This document shows positions 38,269 to 47,310 of a stretch of 64,000 nt of DNA, one piece after another (position 1 is the stretch's first letter; every line of letters starts with the position of its first letter). The stretch is taken from the NCBI GenBank assembly GCA_963847625.1, contig CAWKAR010000003.1, forward strand, positions 64,001 to 128,000, read 5' to 3'. The notes under the pieces were generated by a model. It saw only the letters and a program-made list of their open reading frames with translations, was not told where the DNA came from and did not search any database. The stretch comes from a candidate division FCPU426 bacterium. Lineage in GTDB: Bacteria > Oederibacteriota > Muellerivitia > Muellerivitales > Muellerivitaceae. The translations under genes were made by a program, and so were the position numbers.

Positions 38269-38555
38269 ATTTCCAACTCGCTTGGTTCCCGCCCCGGGAA
38301 ATAACGCTTGGGTTCATTGTTGTACCGAATGATGTTTTCCAGGTGTCTTTCAGGCCAAAAACTTTTCATCACGAAGTAAAGGGTAGCCAGGATCAGGATT
38401 CCGAAAAAAATGACAAGGGAACCTTCCAGGCCCCAAAAGATCATGAAACCCACGAACGCGATGGCGTCCCCGATAAAAACAAACATCAATTTGTGGAAGT
38501 CCGAGGAATAGAAGAGCCCCCACATTTTGGATTCCTTCTCGAGGGGTATCGCCAT
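38265..38555 (-). CDS. VirB3/PrgI-like small membrane protein
   Basis: 96 aa, two TMs, overlaps the virB4 start. Confidence 0.6.
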   Translation of the reverse strand: MAIPLEKESKMWGLFYSSDFHKLMFVFIGDAIAFVGFMIFWGLEGSLVIFFGILILATLYFVMKSFWPERHLENIIRYNNEPKRYFPGREPSELEI

Positions 38556-40442
38556 TTAAACCGTCCTTTTCCCCTGGGGTCCTTGGGGTCCCTTCCATGG
38601 CCTTTTGTATTCCTTCCCCTGCTGGAGCTTTTTGGCGTAATCGCCAACAAGTTTTCTTTTCTCGTTTTCATTGGTTGAAAACGTCCCCGTACCTTGGGCA
38701 TCCCTCTTGAGGCTTCCCGCGATGACGTTCCCTGAGAATTTCTTGAGAAAACCGGAAACCGGGTTGTCCGAGTCTTCTCGCTTGGGTTTGCCGCCTAAAC
38801 CTCCCAATTTCGCGATTGTGTTTAATCCCTGCATGGACTTTTGCCCGGCCAAAGCTCCCCCGGCTGTCCCAATCCCTGGAATGATGGAACCCACCGCCGC
38901 GCCTGTTGCGGCTGCCATAGCCTGGCTTGTTTCACCCGTCATCGTCTTCATGGCCCCAAATGTCCCAAGTCTTGCCTTATTAGCCCCTAAAACAGCCCCT
39001 TTGGTGTCACGGGCGAATTCATTGATCCCTTCCCCTTTCAAATTCCCTCCCTTGAAGGATGTGAAAAGCGCCGCGAATTCCTGGGCGTTGGAGATCAATT
39101 GAAGGCCTGCCAGTACCGCCACCGCCGTCAACAAACTGTTTACCCCGATGGTTTCCACCCCCCAATTGATGTTGGGGATCAGGTAAAGGCCGACCAAGGT
39201 GATGGCCCAAATGACTGAATAGAGAAGGAGTTTCACGAAGTAGCGGGTCGCCGCCCCAAAGACGGGAGCAGTCGCGGGATGTCCCAGGCAGCCTATAAAA
39301 ATGGGGCCAAGGATGAACAAAACCCACAAGTTCAATACCTGGAAGAACTTCGCGAAAATGACCGCGAAACAAGTGATGAGCCCCCAAATGGCGACCCCGC
39401 ACTTGAGCAACCCGGCTGAAAATTCAGCCAACCTGCTCGTCGGCGCTGCCGCCGTCGTGTTACCCGCTGTCCCGATATTGGTGGAAGCCTGCCCTGATTG
39501 CTGAGGATATTGGGTCCCGTTGTCCTGAACTAATCCTTGGAGTGAAAATATGCCGGGAGTTTGATTACTGATGGTGTCGGCACCCTTTGAGATCAGTACA
39601 TGGACTAATGTGGGCATTCCAAGGATCAGGATGATCCCGCCCATGGCCTGGAAAAACCTGGAATTCCCTTTTTGGGAGTCCCCCGCCGAAATCGCCGAAT
39701 AGCAGTTGTAAAAACCGATCACCACCAGGCCCAAGGCAACCAGGTAAATCAGGTTCCAAATGACCCCCTGGACAGTAATGAAATTTCCCCGGAAGTCGTA
39801 TTGGGATAACTGGAAAGTGCTGGCCCCCCCATCCGCGTTCAAGTCGATATTCTGAAAACCTTCCAAAACTCCCGAAGTCCTCAAGGTGTTCTGGTTGTAG
39901 ATGTAGTAACCCATGGCCGTCACGCCGGTCGTCAGGTAGGAAAAAATTGTCGGCCAGGCGAATAAACACAGAAACGCCGCCACGAATCCGATGACAAGGC
40001 TTGGGTCCACGAACCGGTTCCAAAGGCCGGATGACCTTTGCCCCGTGTCGATCACGAACCCCACAATGAGGATGAAAAGGCCCGTTCCGCTAGAAATCTT
40101 CAGGAGATTCAGAACCACCTGGACGGCGTTTGCGCCCATATTGTTGGTCAATGCGTTGTAGGTATTGGGCGAGGCCAAATTCGGGATATAGATGAGGAAA
40201 GTGCCGATGTACTTGTCGTAAATCTTGAAAAGGGTTTGTAATGCCCAATCCCCAATCTTATCCATCCCCTGGGCGACCCAATCCCCCGCGTGTTTGGCCA
40301 TGGCGTCGAAAATCCCACCCGAGACCCCCTGCTCGATGGTCTGTGAGGATGGGCCGCTGTCGGTGGATAAAAGCGATACGGCATTAGCCCTTGGGGCTCC
40401 CAAAAGGCATATGAAGATGAGGGGTAGGAGCCGCTTGACCAT
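38556..40442 (-). CDS. VirB6/TrbL-like polytopic membrane protein
   Basis: Signal peptide, many TMs, WVLFILGPIFIGC motif, Gly/Ala-rich basic tail. Confidence 0.7.
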   Translation of the reverse strand: MVKRLLPLIFICLLGAPRANAVSLLSTDSGPSSQTIEQGVSGGIFDAMAKHAGDWVAQGMDKIGDWALQTLFKIYDKYIGTFLIYIPNLASPNTYNALTNNMGANAVQVVLNLLKISSGTGLFILIVGFVIDTGQRSSGLWNRFVDPSLVIGFVAAFLCLFAWPTIFSYLTTGVTAMGYYIYNQNTLRTSGVLEGFQNIDLNADGGASTFQLSQYDFRGNFITVQGVIWNLIYLVALGLVVIGFYNCYSAISAGDSQKGNSRFFQAMGGIILILGMPTLVHVLISKGADTISNQTPGIFSLQGLVQDNGTQYPQQSGQASTNIGTAGNTTAAAPTSRLAEFSAGLLKCGVAIWGLITCFAVIFAKFFQVLNLWVLFILGPIFIGCLGHPATAPVFGAATRYFVKLLLYSVIWAITLVGLYLIPNINWGVETIGVNSLLTAVAVLAGLQLISNAQEFAALFTSFKGGNLKGEGINEFARDTKGAVLGANKARLGTFGAMKTMTGETSQAMAAATGAAVGSIIPGIGTAGGALAGQKSMQGLNTIAKLGGLGGKPKREDSDNPVSGFLKKFSGNVIAGSLKRDAQGTGTFSTNENEKRKLVGDYAKKLQQGKEYKRPWKGPQGPQGKRTV

Positions 40443-40805
40443 TCAACTCCCCGACAGGACGGAACTGACGGGTTTCGCCCCGAATTCGCCCGCCTTGAGG
40501 ATAACGACGTTCAAAACAACTCCCGCCATGAGGATTCCCACGATGGCCAGGACGCTTCCCCAAACCCTGTCCTTGGCAGTCGTATCCCCCTTGCTGGATT
40601 CGGCCAGGTGGTCCAGGACGTTCTTGACGCACATCAAAATCTTCCAAAGACCGTAGGCGTCCAGGAGAAACAGGATAATCATCTTGAGCGGAGACAATTC
40701 CGGCATACTGGTCAAGGCCTGGGATCGGGCATCACTCGTGTACATATATATCCAAGCCGTAATCCAGACCGTCTTTATCCAAACCAACCTGTTTCTTATC
40801 CTCAT
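40443..40805 (-). CDS. VirB2/TrbC-like pilin
   Basis: 120 aa; leader, then two hydrophobic helices around a charged GD loop; abuts the virB6-like gene. Confidence 0.55.
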   Translation of the reverse strand: MRIRNRLVWIKTVWITAWIYMYTSDARSQALTSMPELSPLKMIILFLLDAYGLWKILMCVKNVLDHLAESSKGDTTAKDRVWGSVLAIVGILMAGVVLNVVILKAGEFGAKPVSSVLSGS

Positions 40806-40822
40806 GTTTTAACTCCTTCAAT

Positions 40823-41683
40823 TTATTGGGCTGACGGTGCCCCGCCAGCGTTAGCCGACCCCTGGGATTGCAGTTGCTTGACGTTGACGCCCCCCAATTG
40901 TTGGAGGGCGGCGCTTCCCCCGGTTTGAATCGTGTTGGTCCCGGCGGTAGTTAGCGCCGTTCCCGAATTCTGCCCGGACCCAAGGGATGTCCCCAATTGC
41001 TGTCCCGTCCCCAAGAGAGAACTTAAATTCGGTATCCCTAGTGCCTGTAAAAGCTGGGAAACCACCAGGGTTCCCAGGATTCCACCCAAACTGGCTATGA
41101 CCGCCCCGACAACCTGGTTGAAGGCCAGGGCCAATTGGCTTTCACTTTGGGAGGGCTGGTATCCGGGGGCAACATAAGGTTGGGGCAGGGCCGCAACCTG
41201 GTTGGCCGCTTGGTCGGCTCCCTGGATGTTCCCCGACTGCAAGGCCTGGGCTTCCTGGGTGTAAAGAGCCCCCGCCTGCTGGAACTGGGGGTCATCGCTT
41301 TGTTGCAACTGGACAGCGTATTGCTGGAGTTGGCTGGCACTCTGGGGCGCGAAAGCTGTCCCGGCGGTATTGGCCAGTTGCTGGCTCAAGAGGGAAAGAC
41401 CCTGCATGACCTGGCATTTCACCCAATTGGAATGGCTGGCTTCGTTATATTGGTTAGCCGTAAAGATGTGGAGTTTCCGGGGGACGGGGGCATAACTTCT
41501 CACGACCGCCCTCGCGGGATCGGCCTTGGGAAACTGGGAAAGCTGTTTCATGAGCCAGTCCCTAAAATCCACAACGTTCGCCTTCAAGGCCTCCTCTATT
41601 TTTGGGTCATCGGGAACAGGACTGGCGAAAACAGGCATGTGGGCCAGTGATAAAAGGAGTAAGGGGATTAAAACCTTCTTCAT
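40823..41683 (-). CDS. Secreted Gln/Ala-rich helical protein (possible VirB5-like)
   Basis: Signal peptide ending VFA; Q-rich helices; late hydrophobic segment. Confidence 0.5.
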   Translation of the reverse strand: MKKVLIPLLLLSLAHMPVFASPVPDDPKIEEALKANVVDFRDWLMKQLSQFPKADPARAVVRSYAPVPRKLHIFTANQYNEASHSNWVKCQVMQGLSLLSQQLANTAGTAFAPQSASQLQQYAVQLQQSDDPQFQQAGALYTQEAQALQSGNIQGADQAANQVAALPQPYVAPGYQPSQSESQLALAFNQVVGAVIASLGGILGTLVVSQLLQALGIPNLSSLLGTGQQLGTSLGSGQNSGTALTTAGTNTIQTGGSAALQQLGGVNVKQLQSQGSANAGGAPSAQ

Positions 41684-42123
41684 ACCGCCCCCTTTTTCTT
41701 CAAGGCGAAAAACAATTCCGCTAGTTCCTCGTGCCTTTCAACACCTGATAGGGCAACTCCAAACGGCTCCACACCCGGGACTTCGATAAACAAGTCACCA
41801 ATATTGAAAAGCTTTTGGACAAGGTTTTGTTTACAGGTGATATTGATGATCTTGTCGTAAGGAATGGATCTCGTTCGCTTGACCAGGATTCCAGAACGGA
41901 TTTCAAACCAATCCGGCTTAATAATGAACTTGGTAGTAGCTAGGAATAACCAAACGCAAAGGAATAGGAAGACTTCAAGAATCCAGAATCCCCTGAGGAC
42001 ATAGACAAGCCTCACGCCTTGGGGGACCAAAAGGAACAAGGCCAAGGGAACGATGAAGACAGAAAGATATTGGAAAAAGGATGGATGCAGTACCCTGAAA
42101 TTTTCCGAAATGTTCTGTTCCAA
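41680..42123 (-). CDS. Membrane protein with bacterial PH domain (bPH_2-like)
   Basis: Two TMs, then SGIL...IPYDKIINI...QNLVQKLFNIGDL. Confidence 0.8.
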   Translation of the reverse strand: MEQNISENFRVLHPSFFQYLSVFIVPLALFLLVPQGVRLVYVLRGFWILEVFLFLCVWLFLATTKFIIKPDWFEIRSGILVKRTRSIPYDKIINITCKQNLVQKLFNIGDLFIEVPGVEPFGVALSGVERHEELAELFFALKKKGAV

Positions 42124-42136
42124 AACTCACCTTTGA

Positions 42137-42658
42137 TTAATAGAGTTGAACGAATGCCGGATCGCTGTCCTGGGTGACATAAACGGTCAATCCAAAATCC
42201 TTGATATAGGGCCGGTCTACCCTGATCCGACACTTGTAGGGGTTGTCCGTGGGCGTACCCCCTTTAAGGAAAACTTCCCTGGTGGATTGGCGCTTCAAAA
42301 GCCATCCCTGGATGGTTTGGTCACTTGAAATATCGATGATGAAATTGGGGCCTAAATTCGTTACCAAGGCGCTGACCTTGGCCACATCGGTTTCGGTTTG
42401 GAAGTTGACGGCTTGGATCTGGAAAGGGGTTGGGGTGGGAAGGGCCTGTGGTCTGCTTCTTTTTACCCGATGGGTGCCTGAAGTTTCCCCGCTTGGATTT
42501 CCAGCCCAGGATTCATCCGGGGCCTTATGTTCCATGACCTGCTCAATGGCCCATTGGTCCCTTTCCCGGACTGCCATAAAGGGGTTCTCATCCACAAAGA
42601 CCGGTGTTAGGGTCAAAAGAATCAGGGGTACGAAGTACCCTCGAAAGAGGGTCCTCAA
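42137..42658 (-). CDS. Hypothetical exported protein
   Basis: N-terminal hydrophobic segment, PTPTP linker, beta-rich C-terminus; overlaps the upstream stop. Confidence 0.6.
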   Translation of the reverse strand: MRTLFRGYFVPLILLTLTPVFVDENPFMAVRERDQWAIEQVMEHKAPDESWAGNPSGETSGTHRVKRSRPQALPTPTPFQIQAVNFQTETDVAKVSALVTNLGPNFIIDISSDQTIQGWLLKRQSTREVFLKGGTPTDNPYKCRIRVDRPYIKDFGLTVYVTQDSDPAFVQLY

Positions 42659-43872
42659 AACTGAACCCCCGTATCAATGCTGAAGGCGTAAGTGTTGTAA
42701 CCAGGTGAAAGAAGAGGAATTTCAAGCCCGTTTGTCTCGTTCCCGCCCCCGACCGGCATGGTTAAGGGCGTATTGATGTTGGAGTGATTCAAACGGGCAA
42801 AAGTGAAATCACCCATGGAATCAGTGACGTTGAAATCGATGAAAATGGAACGGATTCTTATCCGCGCCTGTCCATACAAAGCCCTTTGGGGAAGCTGCGC
42901 GGAAGGCGGGTCAATTCCGTTCCCCCCGGTAAAGGGATTATTGGGGTTGTCAGCAATCGGAATCTGAGCCTCCAGGATGATCCGGTCCAGGGACAGGAAG
43001 TGCCAAGTGAAAAGATGTTCTCCCCTAGCCCCAAAGGTGAAAGCGTTTGTGTCGCCTGAATGGGCGGAGTCCTGCACGCCGTACTCGAAGTAAAGGGTGT
43101 AGTCCTTGGCGAAATTAGCCTCGCCGCAAATGGAATAAGCCGGGTTACCACTCATGGAGGAATACTGGAAATCATCCGCCGCGCTGGCCCCAAGGTTGAA
43201 AAGAAGAACCGTCCGAAGATCCCCAAAATTGAGTTTCATCCGGAGCTGCCCCATGAAATACCCTTGTGAGCCGTCAATGACCGCGTCCTGGGCTGAAAGG
43301 AGCGTCGGGAAATAAAAGAAACTCAACGACGTCGGAGGGCTGGAGACGCTCTTATAATCCTCCACCCCAAAAAAGAACTTGAAGGGGATATATAGCTTGA
43401 TCCCGTCCAGACGCCTCAAGCCCATTAAGGTGTAACGCCCGAAAAAGTGGGTGGTGCTGGCGATATCCGATAAATCCATCCGTCCAATCCGAGCCTCCAT
43501 CCAAGGTTCAGACAGGGAGAAATTCGCCTCCCTTAACTGAAGGCCTACCCCGTCATCGGACGAGGAAAAGGATTTGGTGACCCTAATCGTTCCTTGCGCC
43601 GAAACGTCGTTCTCGTCGAGTTTTCGGACAGCGGAAAGGTCGAGCAAGGAAAACCCAAGGTTCCCTGACGCGTCACTCCCGTAGTGGGCCGCGACGGTCG
43701 CGTTGAGGACCTTGGAATCGTTGTCCACGTGGGGCGGCGGAACCCAGTTTGGTTTAGGTGTCGCAGTGGGACTAGGGGTGGGGGTTGGTGTTTTCTTCCC
43801 TTTGGGTTTTGCATATACGGAAGTAACGTTTATCAAAACCAGCAGACAGAAAAAGTAAAATATCTTTTTCAT
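42655..43872 (-). CDS. Putative outer-membrane beta-barrel
   Basis: Signal peptide; alternating beta strands (LREANF, ARIGRM, LYFEYG); terminal Phe (DTGVQF). Confidence 0.65.
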   Translation of the reverse strand: MKKIFYFFCLLVLINVTSVYAKPKGKKTPTPTPSPTATPKPNWVPPPHVDNDSKVLNATVAAHYGSDASGNLGFSLLDLSAVRKLDENDVSAQGTIRVTKSFSSSDDGVGLQLREANFSLSEPWMEARIGRMDLSDIASTTHFFGRYTLMGLRRLDGIKLYIPFKFFFGVEDYKSVSSPPTSLSFFYFPTLLSAQDAVIDGSQGYFMGQLRMKLNFGDLRTVLLFNLGASAADDFQYSSMSGNPAYSICGEANFAKDYTLYFEYGVQDSAHSGDTNAFTFGARGEHLFTWHFLSLDRIILEAQIPIADNPNNPFTGGNGIDPPSAQLPQRALYGQARIRIRSIFIDFNVTDSMGDFTFARLNHSNINTPLTMPVGGGNETNGLEIPLLSPGYNTYAFSIDTGVQF

Positions 43873-43887
43873 TTAAATAAACCCTTT

Positions 43888-44649
43888 TCAAGGGATGGTG
43901 TAGGAGACCAGCATTTTCGGCTTTTGCTGGCCGTTCCCCGTGTTATCCCAAAACGAGATGAAGCCTGAAAGCGACCCGCTTGTTTCCGGTTCCGGCGAAA
44001 TCAAAACCCCGTAATTGTTGTTGGACTTGTTCACCCAAACCTGGGCAAGAGACGGCTTAATGTTCCAGGCAAGGAGAACTTGGGTGGCGTTCACCTGAGA
44101 GGCGGTAACAGTCACCGCGTCCATATACGCCTGGTTGTAATCCACTCCCGCCGTAATGGGAGAACTGGTTCCCCCATTCCAGCCATATGGGGATACAAGG
44201 ACATTCCAGGTGCTTGAGTCGTTCCAAGGCACTTGGCCGGCTGGAGGTGGTATGACTTGGTGGATGCCGAAAACGTAAGTACCATCGGAAAGATTCGTGG
44301 TGGTTTCCGTGGCCATTTGGAGGCTCACGGCGGTTATGGTGGCGTTGGAGGGTATGCCGTAAGAAAGGTCGAACCTTACTAGTCCCAATGCTGCGTTCGC
44401 CGTTGTTGATCCCGTGGCGACCTTAATCTGGCCTGTCCCCTGTGCGGAATTGGGGTTGCTTCCATCCAGCCAATGGGTATCCGCCCCCCCATACCCCGAA
44501 TCGGGGTAAACCCCGTTTTCAAATACCATTGAATACGTTGGGATGGTCGGTCCCGCTGGTCCCTGGGGCCCGGCCGGGCCTGCTGGACCCTTTTCGCAAC
44601 CCGCTAGGGTCAGCGCCAAAATCAAGCCAACCGCTGTATTTATCTTCAT
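43888..44649 (-). CDS. Lipoprotein with collagen-like repeats and DNRLRE-like domain
   Basis: LAGC lipobox, (GPx)5, ADT...LVRFDLS...IPSNATITAVSL...NYGVLI...PKMLVSY. Confidence 0.7.
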   Translation of the reverse strand: MKINTAVGLILALTLAGCEKGPAGPAGPQGPAGPTIPTYSMVFENGVYPDSGYGGADTHWLDGSNPNSAQGTGQIKVATGSTTANAALGLVRFDLSYGIPSNATITAVSLQMATETTTNLSDGTYVFGIHQVIPPPAGQVPWNDSSTWNVLVSPYGWNGGTSSPITAGVDYNQAYMDAVTVTASQVNATQVLLAWNIKPSLAQVWVNKSNNNYGVLISPEPETSGSLSGFISFWDNTGNGQQKPKMLVSYTIP

Positions 44650-44707
44650 ATGGCCTTCCTTTAAAAGGTTTTTCCTACAAGCGGGCACTAAAAGGTTAAT
44701 TTTTGTA

Positions 44708-45802
44708 TTAGTAGTGCGCTTGCAATAACTGTGTCGTGCCGCTTGATGGGATATTGGTTGTTTGCGATTGCCCATCGAAAGAAACGTTGAGCGCTCCCGT
44801 GGACCCGCCGCTTGTGATTGTGCAGGCATAGGAACCCGGTGCGAATTGCAGCGTTGCCCCACCACAGTTTGAGGCTCCAATGGTGCCGTTTGGCGTTTGG
44901 AGTTGGTTCTGGCAGCAGTCCCCGGCGTTCCAGGAAACCGTCACCACGGCACTGGAAGTGCAGCCATTGGCGAGGGAAACATTTAAGTTTCCCCAAATCA
45001 GATACATTTGCGCGGCGCTCATGATGGCGCATAAGCTTTGATACACGTAAGTGGTCGTCCAAGAGACCGTTACGGTCGAGTTAAAGCCTTTGGTAATGGT
45101 CTGGGGTGAACTGTAGGCCCGGGGATAAGGTGTGGGTTCCAAGTCGAGGGCAGTTACCGAGAAACTAGGTGGGGTGTCCACGCAATTGACCCCGGTGACG
45201 GTAACCGAGGCCGTATCGGCGCTTCCATATCCAATCGTCGCGGGTCCGTAGGTTCCGTTCCAATTCGTCGGGAATGCCGAAAAAGCGATCTTCCCTGGGA
45301 TCAACAGGTTTCCCGGTTGGCTATAGATGAGGTGGTAGGTGAAAGGATTTCCTGGATTCGTGGAAGTGAAAGATTCCGGCACGGTCGGGGTCAAATAAAT
45401 CGTCGCACCCGCCGAATTGAAATTGGCTGTCTGATTTGCGACGGAGACTGGCATGGTGATGGTGCTGGGGGCGAATGGAAACGGCGTTTGAGCTGGAACC
45501 ACAAAAGTCCAATTTCCAATATCCAACCATGCCGGGTTAAAGGTTGCGATCCCGCTGGCCGTGGTCGATTGGCTGTAGACCGTCACCCCAGAAGGCGGTA
45601 TCGCCTTCACCAACACATTGGGAACCCCAATCCCTTTATCCTCCACGAATGCGCTCACAGAGCCATGGATTTGTTCAGGAGTTGGCGTAAAGGCGACATC
45701 GTAAGGGACTGATGGGCCGCGATTAGATTGGCAGCCTATAAAACAGATTCCTAGAATTTCCGACAGAAAAAGCGTTGTAACAATAAGCCAAGTTTTATTC
45801 AT
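44708..45802 (-). CDS. Beta-rich (Ig-like) surface lipoprotein, first gene of the operon
   Basis: FIGC lipobox, Ser/Thr-rich strands, Cys-containing C-terminal part; SD GGAGG. Confidence 0.65.
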   Translation of the reverse strand: MNKTWLIVTTLFLSEILGICFIGCQSNRGPSVPYDVAFTPTPEQIHGSVSAFVEDKGIGVPNVLVKAIPPSGVTVYSQSTTASGIATFNPAWLDIGNWTFVVPAQTPFPFAPSTITMPVSVANQTANFNSAGATIYLTPTVPESFTSTNPGNPFTYHLIYSQPGNLLIPGKIAFSAFPTNWNGTYGPATIGYGSADTASVTVTGVNCVDTPPSFSVTALDLEPTPYPRAYSSPQTITKGFNSTVTVSWTTTYVYQSLCAIMSAAQMYLIWGNLNVSLANGCTSSAVVTVSWNAGDCCQNQLQTPNGTIGASNCGGATLQFAPGSYACTITSGGSTGALNVSFDGQSQTTNIPSSGTTQLLQAHY

Positions 45803-45903
45803 ATAGCACCCTCCATATGAGCCGACGGGCCCTCATTGTTTAACCGAATTGCTTTTGCCCATGTGCCGAGGATGAGATTTTTAAACATTTTTGAAACATT
45901 GAC

Positions 45904-45938
45904 CAGGACTTCAAAGTCCACCGGACTTTGAAGTCCTG
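45904..45938. promoter_or_regulatory. Double-palindrome operator between the operon and the XRE gene
   Basis: CAGGACTTCAAAGTCC-acc-GGACTTTGAAGTCCTG is a perfect 16-bp inverted repeat; each arm contains GGACTT-N2-AAGTCC. Confidence 0.8.
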
Positions 45939-45971
45939 TTGTCACTTTTCGTTTTGAACTACCAATTCCAA

Positions 45972-46316
45972 ATGCCTTATTCAGACCCTTCCGAAATATC
46001 GTTCCTAATGGAAATCCAACAAATCATCTCCAATAAAAGGGCCGGAAAAGGTTTCGGCCAGGAGTATCTTGCCGAGAAAGTGGATGCGTGCGACCGCCAA
46101 GTCCGGCGATGGGAACATAAAACGGAAGCGATTCAAATCAATATTTTGTATTTGTACAGGCTCGCGAAAATTTTCGACTGTTCAATCCATGATCTTTTGC
46201 CGTATGACCCTGTTTATGGCGGCAACGGGAATAAAGCAGTTAGCAGCCTTGAAAAAGCCGGAAATAAACAAGACCGGCTGGACATTACGGGGCCGTCCCA
46301 GGAGAAAAAAGAATGA
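45972..46316 (+). CDS. XRE-family HTH regulator
   Basis: KRAGKGFGQEYLAEKV...VRRWE...LYRLAKIFDCSIHDLL; divergent from the operon; start uncertain. Confidence 0.8.
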   Translation: MPYSDPSEISFLMEIQQIISNKRAGKGFGQEYLAEKVDACDRQVRRWEHKTEAIQINILYLYRLAKIFDCSIHDLLPYDPVYGGNGNKAVSSLEKAGNKQDRLDITGPSQEKKE

Positions 46317-46509
46317 GGTTTGATCGGTACCGCCGAGCGGGCCTTTTGGCCGGCTTTGCCGTATCTGGCTGAACATCAGAGGGGTTTCGCGGGATAAAAC
46401 GGTAAGGGAAATATTGGGAAAATGGTGAGTAAGCATGTTGTGCGCCTGGTCGAACCATAATGTGCATCGGCCACTAATCACTTTTCCTTCAACTCTCTTG
46501 AGTTTGTTT

Positions 46510-47310
46510 TTAAATTAAATCAAGGAATGCATTTATCTTTTCAAAAGAGTCCCTGCGTAATCTTTCTTTTTCTGCGTCATCCACCTCATAAGAATTGGCT
46601 ACATCCATAGGTCCAACATGTTTTTCCGTTAAAAAAGCATTACGGATTTTTTCCAAACCTTCTTTGACCAATAGGTTATCGGCATGACCTTTAAACTCGG
46701 CGGCAAGACCCTTGAACCCGCCCGGATAATAAAGCACGCAAAAATAGATGTCATAGGCATCCTTGGGTTTGAAACGACCGGCCAAAGCCATGCCTTTCAT
46801 AACGATAAAACTCACAATGGAAGCCACTCGGATCATAACCCTATCCTGGCTTCCCGAAGGAAGGGTGCCATCCATTGTAATTTCAACTGGGCTTTCAAAC
46901 GCCAAATCGCAACCGCGCGCCTTACGGGCTTTCAATCCTTGTATTTTTTGATGCCGATGCCTTTTGCCCGTGCCTGAATATTCACCGGCAAGAAGATCAA
47001 CGAAAACTGGTATTCCCCTCACTTTTTTCTGGTATTGAAACGGCTTCTCGGTCCTTTCATATCCGGCGCCCAAAAGAAGTTTCTCGATTTTTTGATACCC
47101 CGCATCCCGGAGTTTCCGGTGATCCAAGGCCAAATCAACGTCGGTACTGCCAATATGATTTTCCATGGCGTCCGGCAGGATGAGCGTCGGCACCCAGCCG
47201 CCCACTAAAACGATATTTTCACGGTACTCACCCAATAGATGGGCGCACTCGATGAGTACCGATTTGGCCGCCTCAACCACCTCTTGTGAATAACCGCTTA
47301 AATTTGCCAT
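46510..47310 (-). CDS. AbiEii-like nucleotidyltransferase toxin
   Basis: VLVGGW, STDVD and KPKDAYDIYF motifs. Confidence 0.8.
   Translation of the reverse strand: MANLSGYSQEVVEAAKSVLIECAHLLGEYRENIVLVGGWVPTLILPDAMENHIGSTDVDLALDHRKLRDAGYQKIEKLLLGAGYERTEKPFQYQKKVRGIPVFVDLLAGEYSGTGKRHRHQKIQGLKARKARGCDLAFESPVEITMDGTLPSGSQDRVMIRVASIVSFIVMKGMALAGRFKPKDAYDIYFCVLYYPGGFKGLAAEFKGHADNLLVKEGLEKIRNAFLTEKHVGPMDVANSYEVDDAEKERLRRDSFEKINAFLDLI

Noticed and set aside
31809..45802. Prophage or inovirus interpretation
   Set aside because: No capsid, terminase, Rep or Zot-type protein; the ATPase has VirB4 size, motifs and VirB3/B6-like neighbours.
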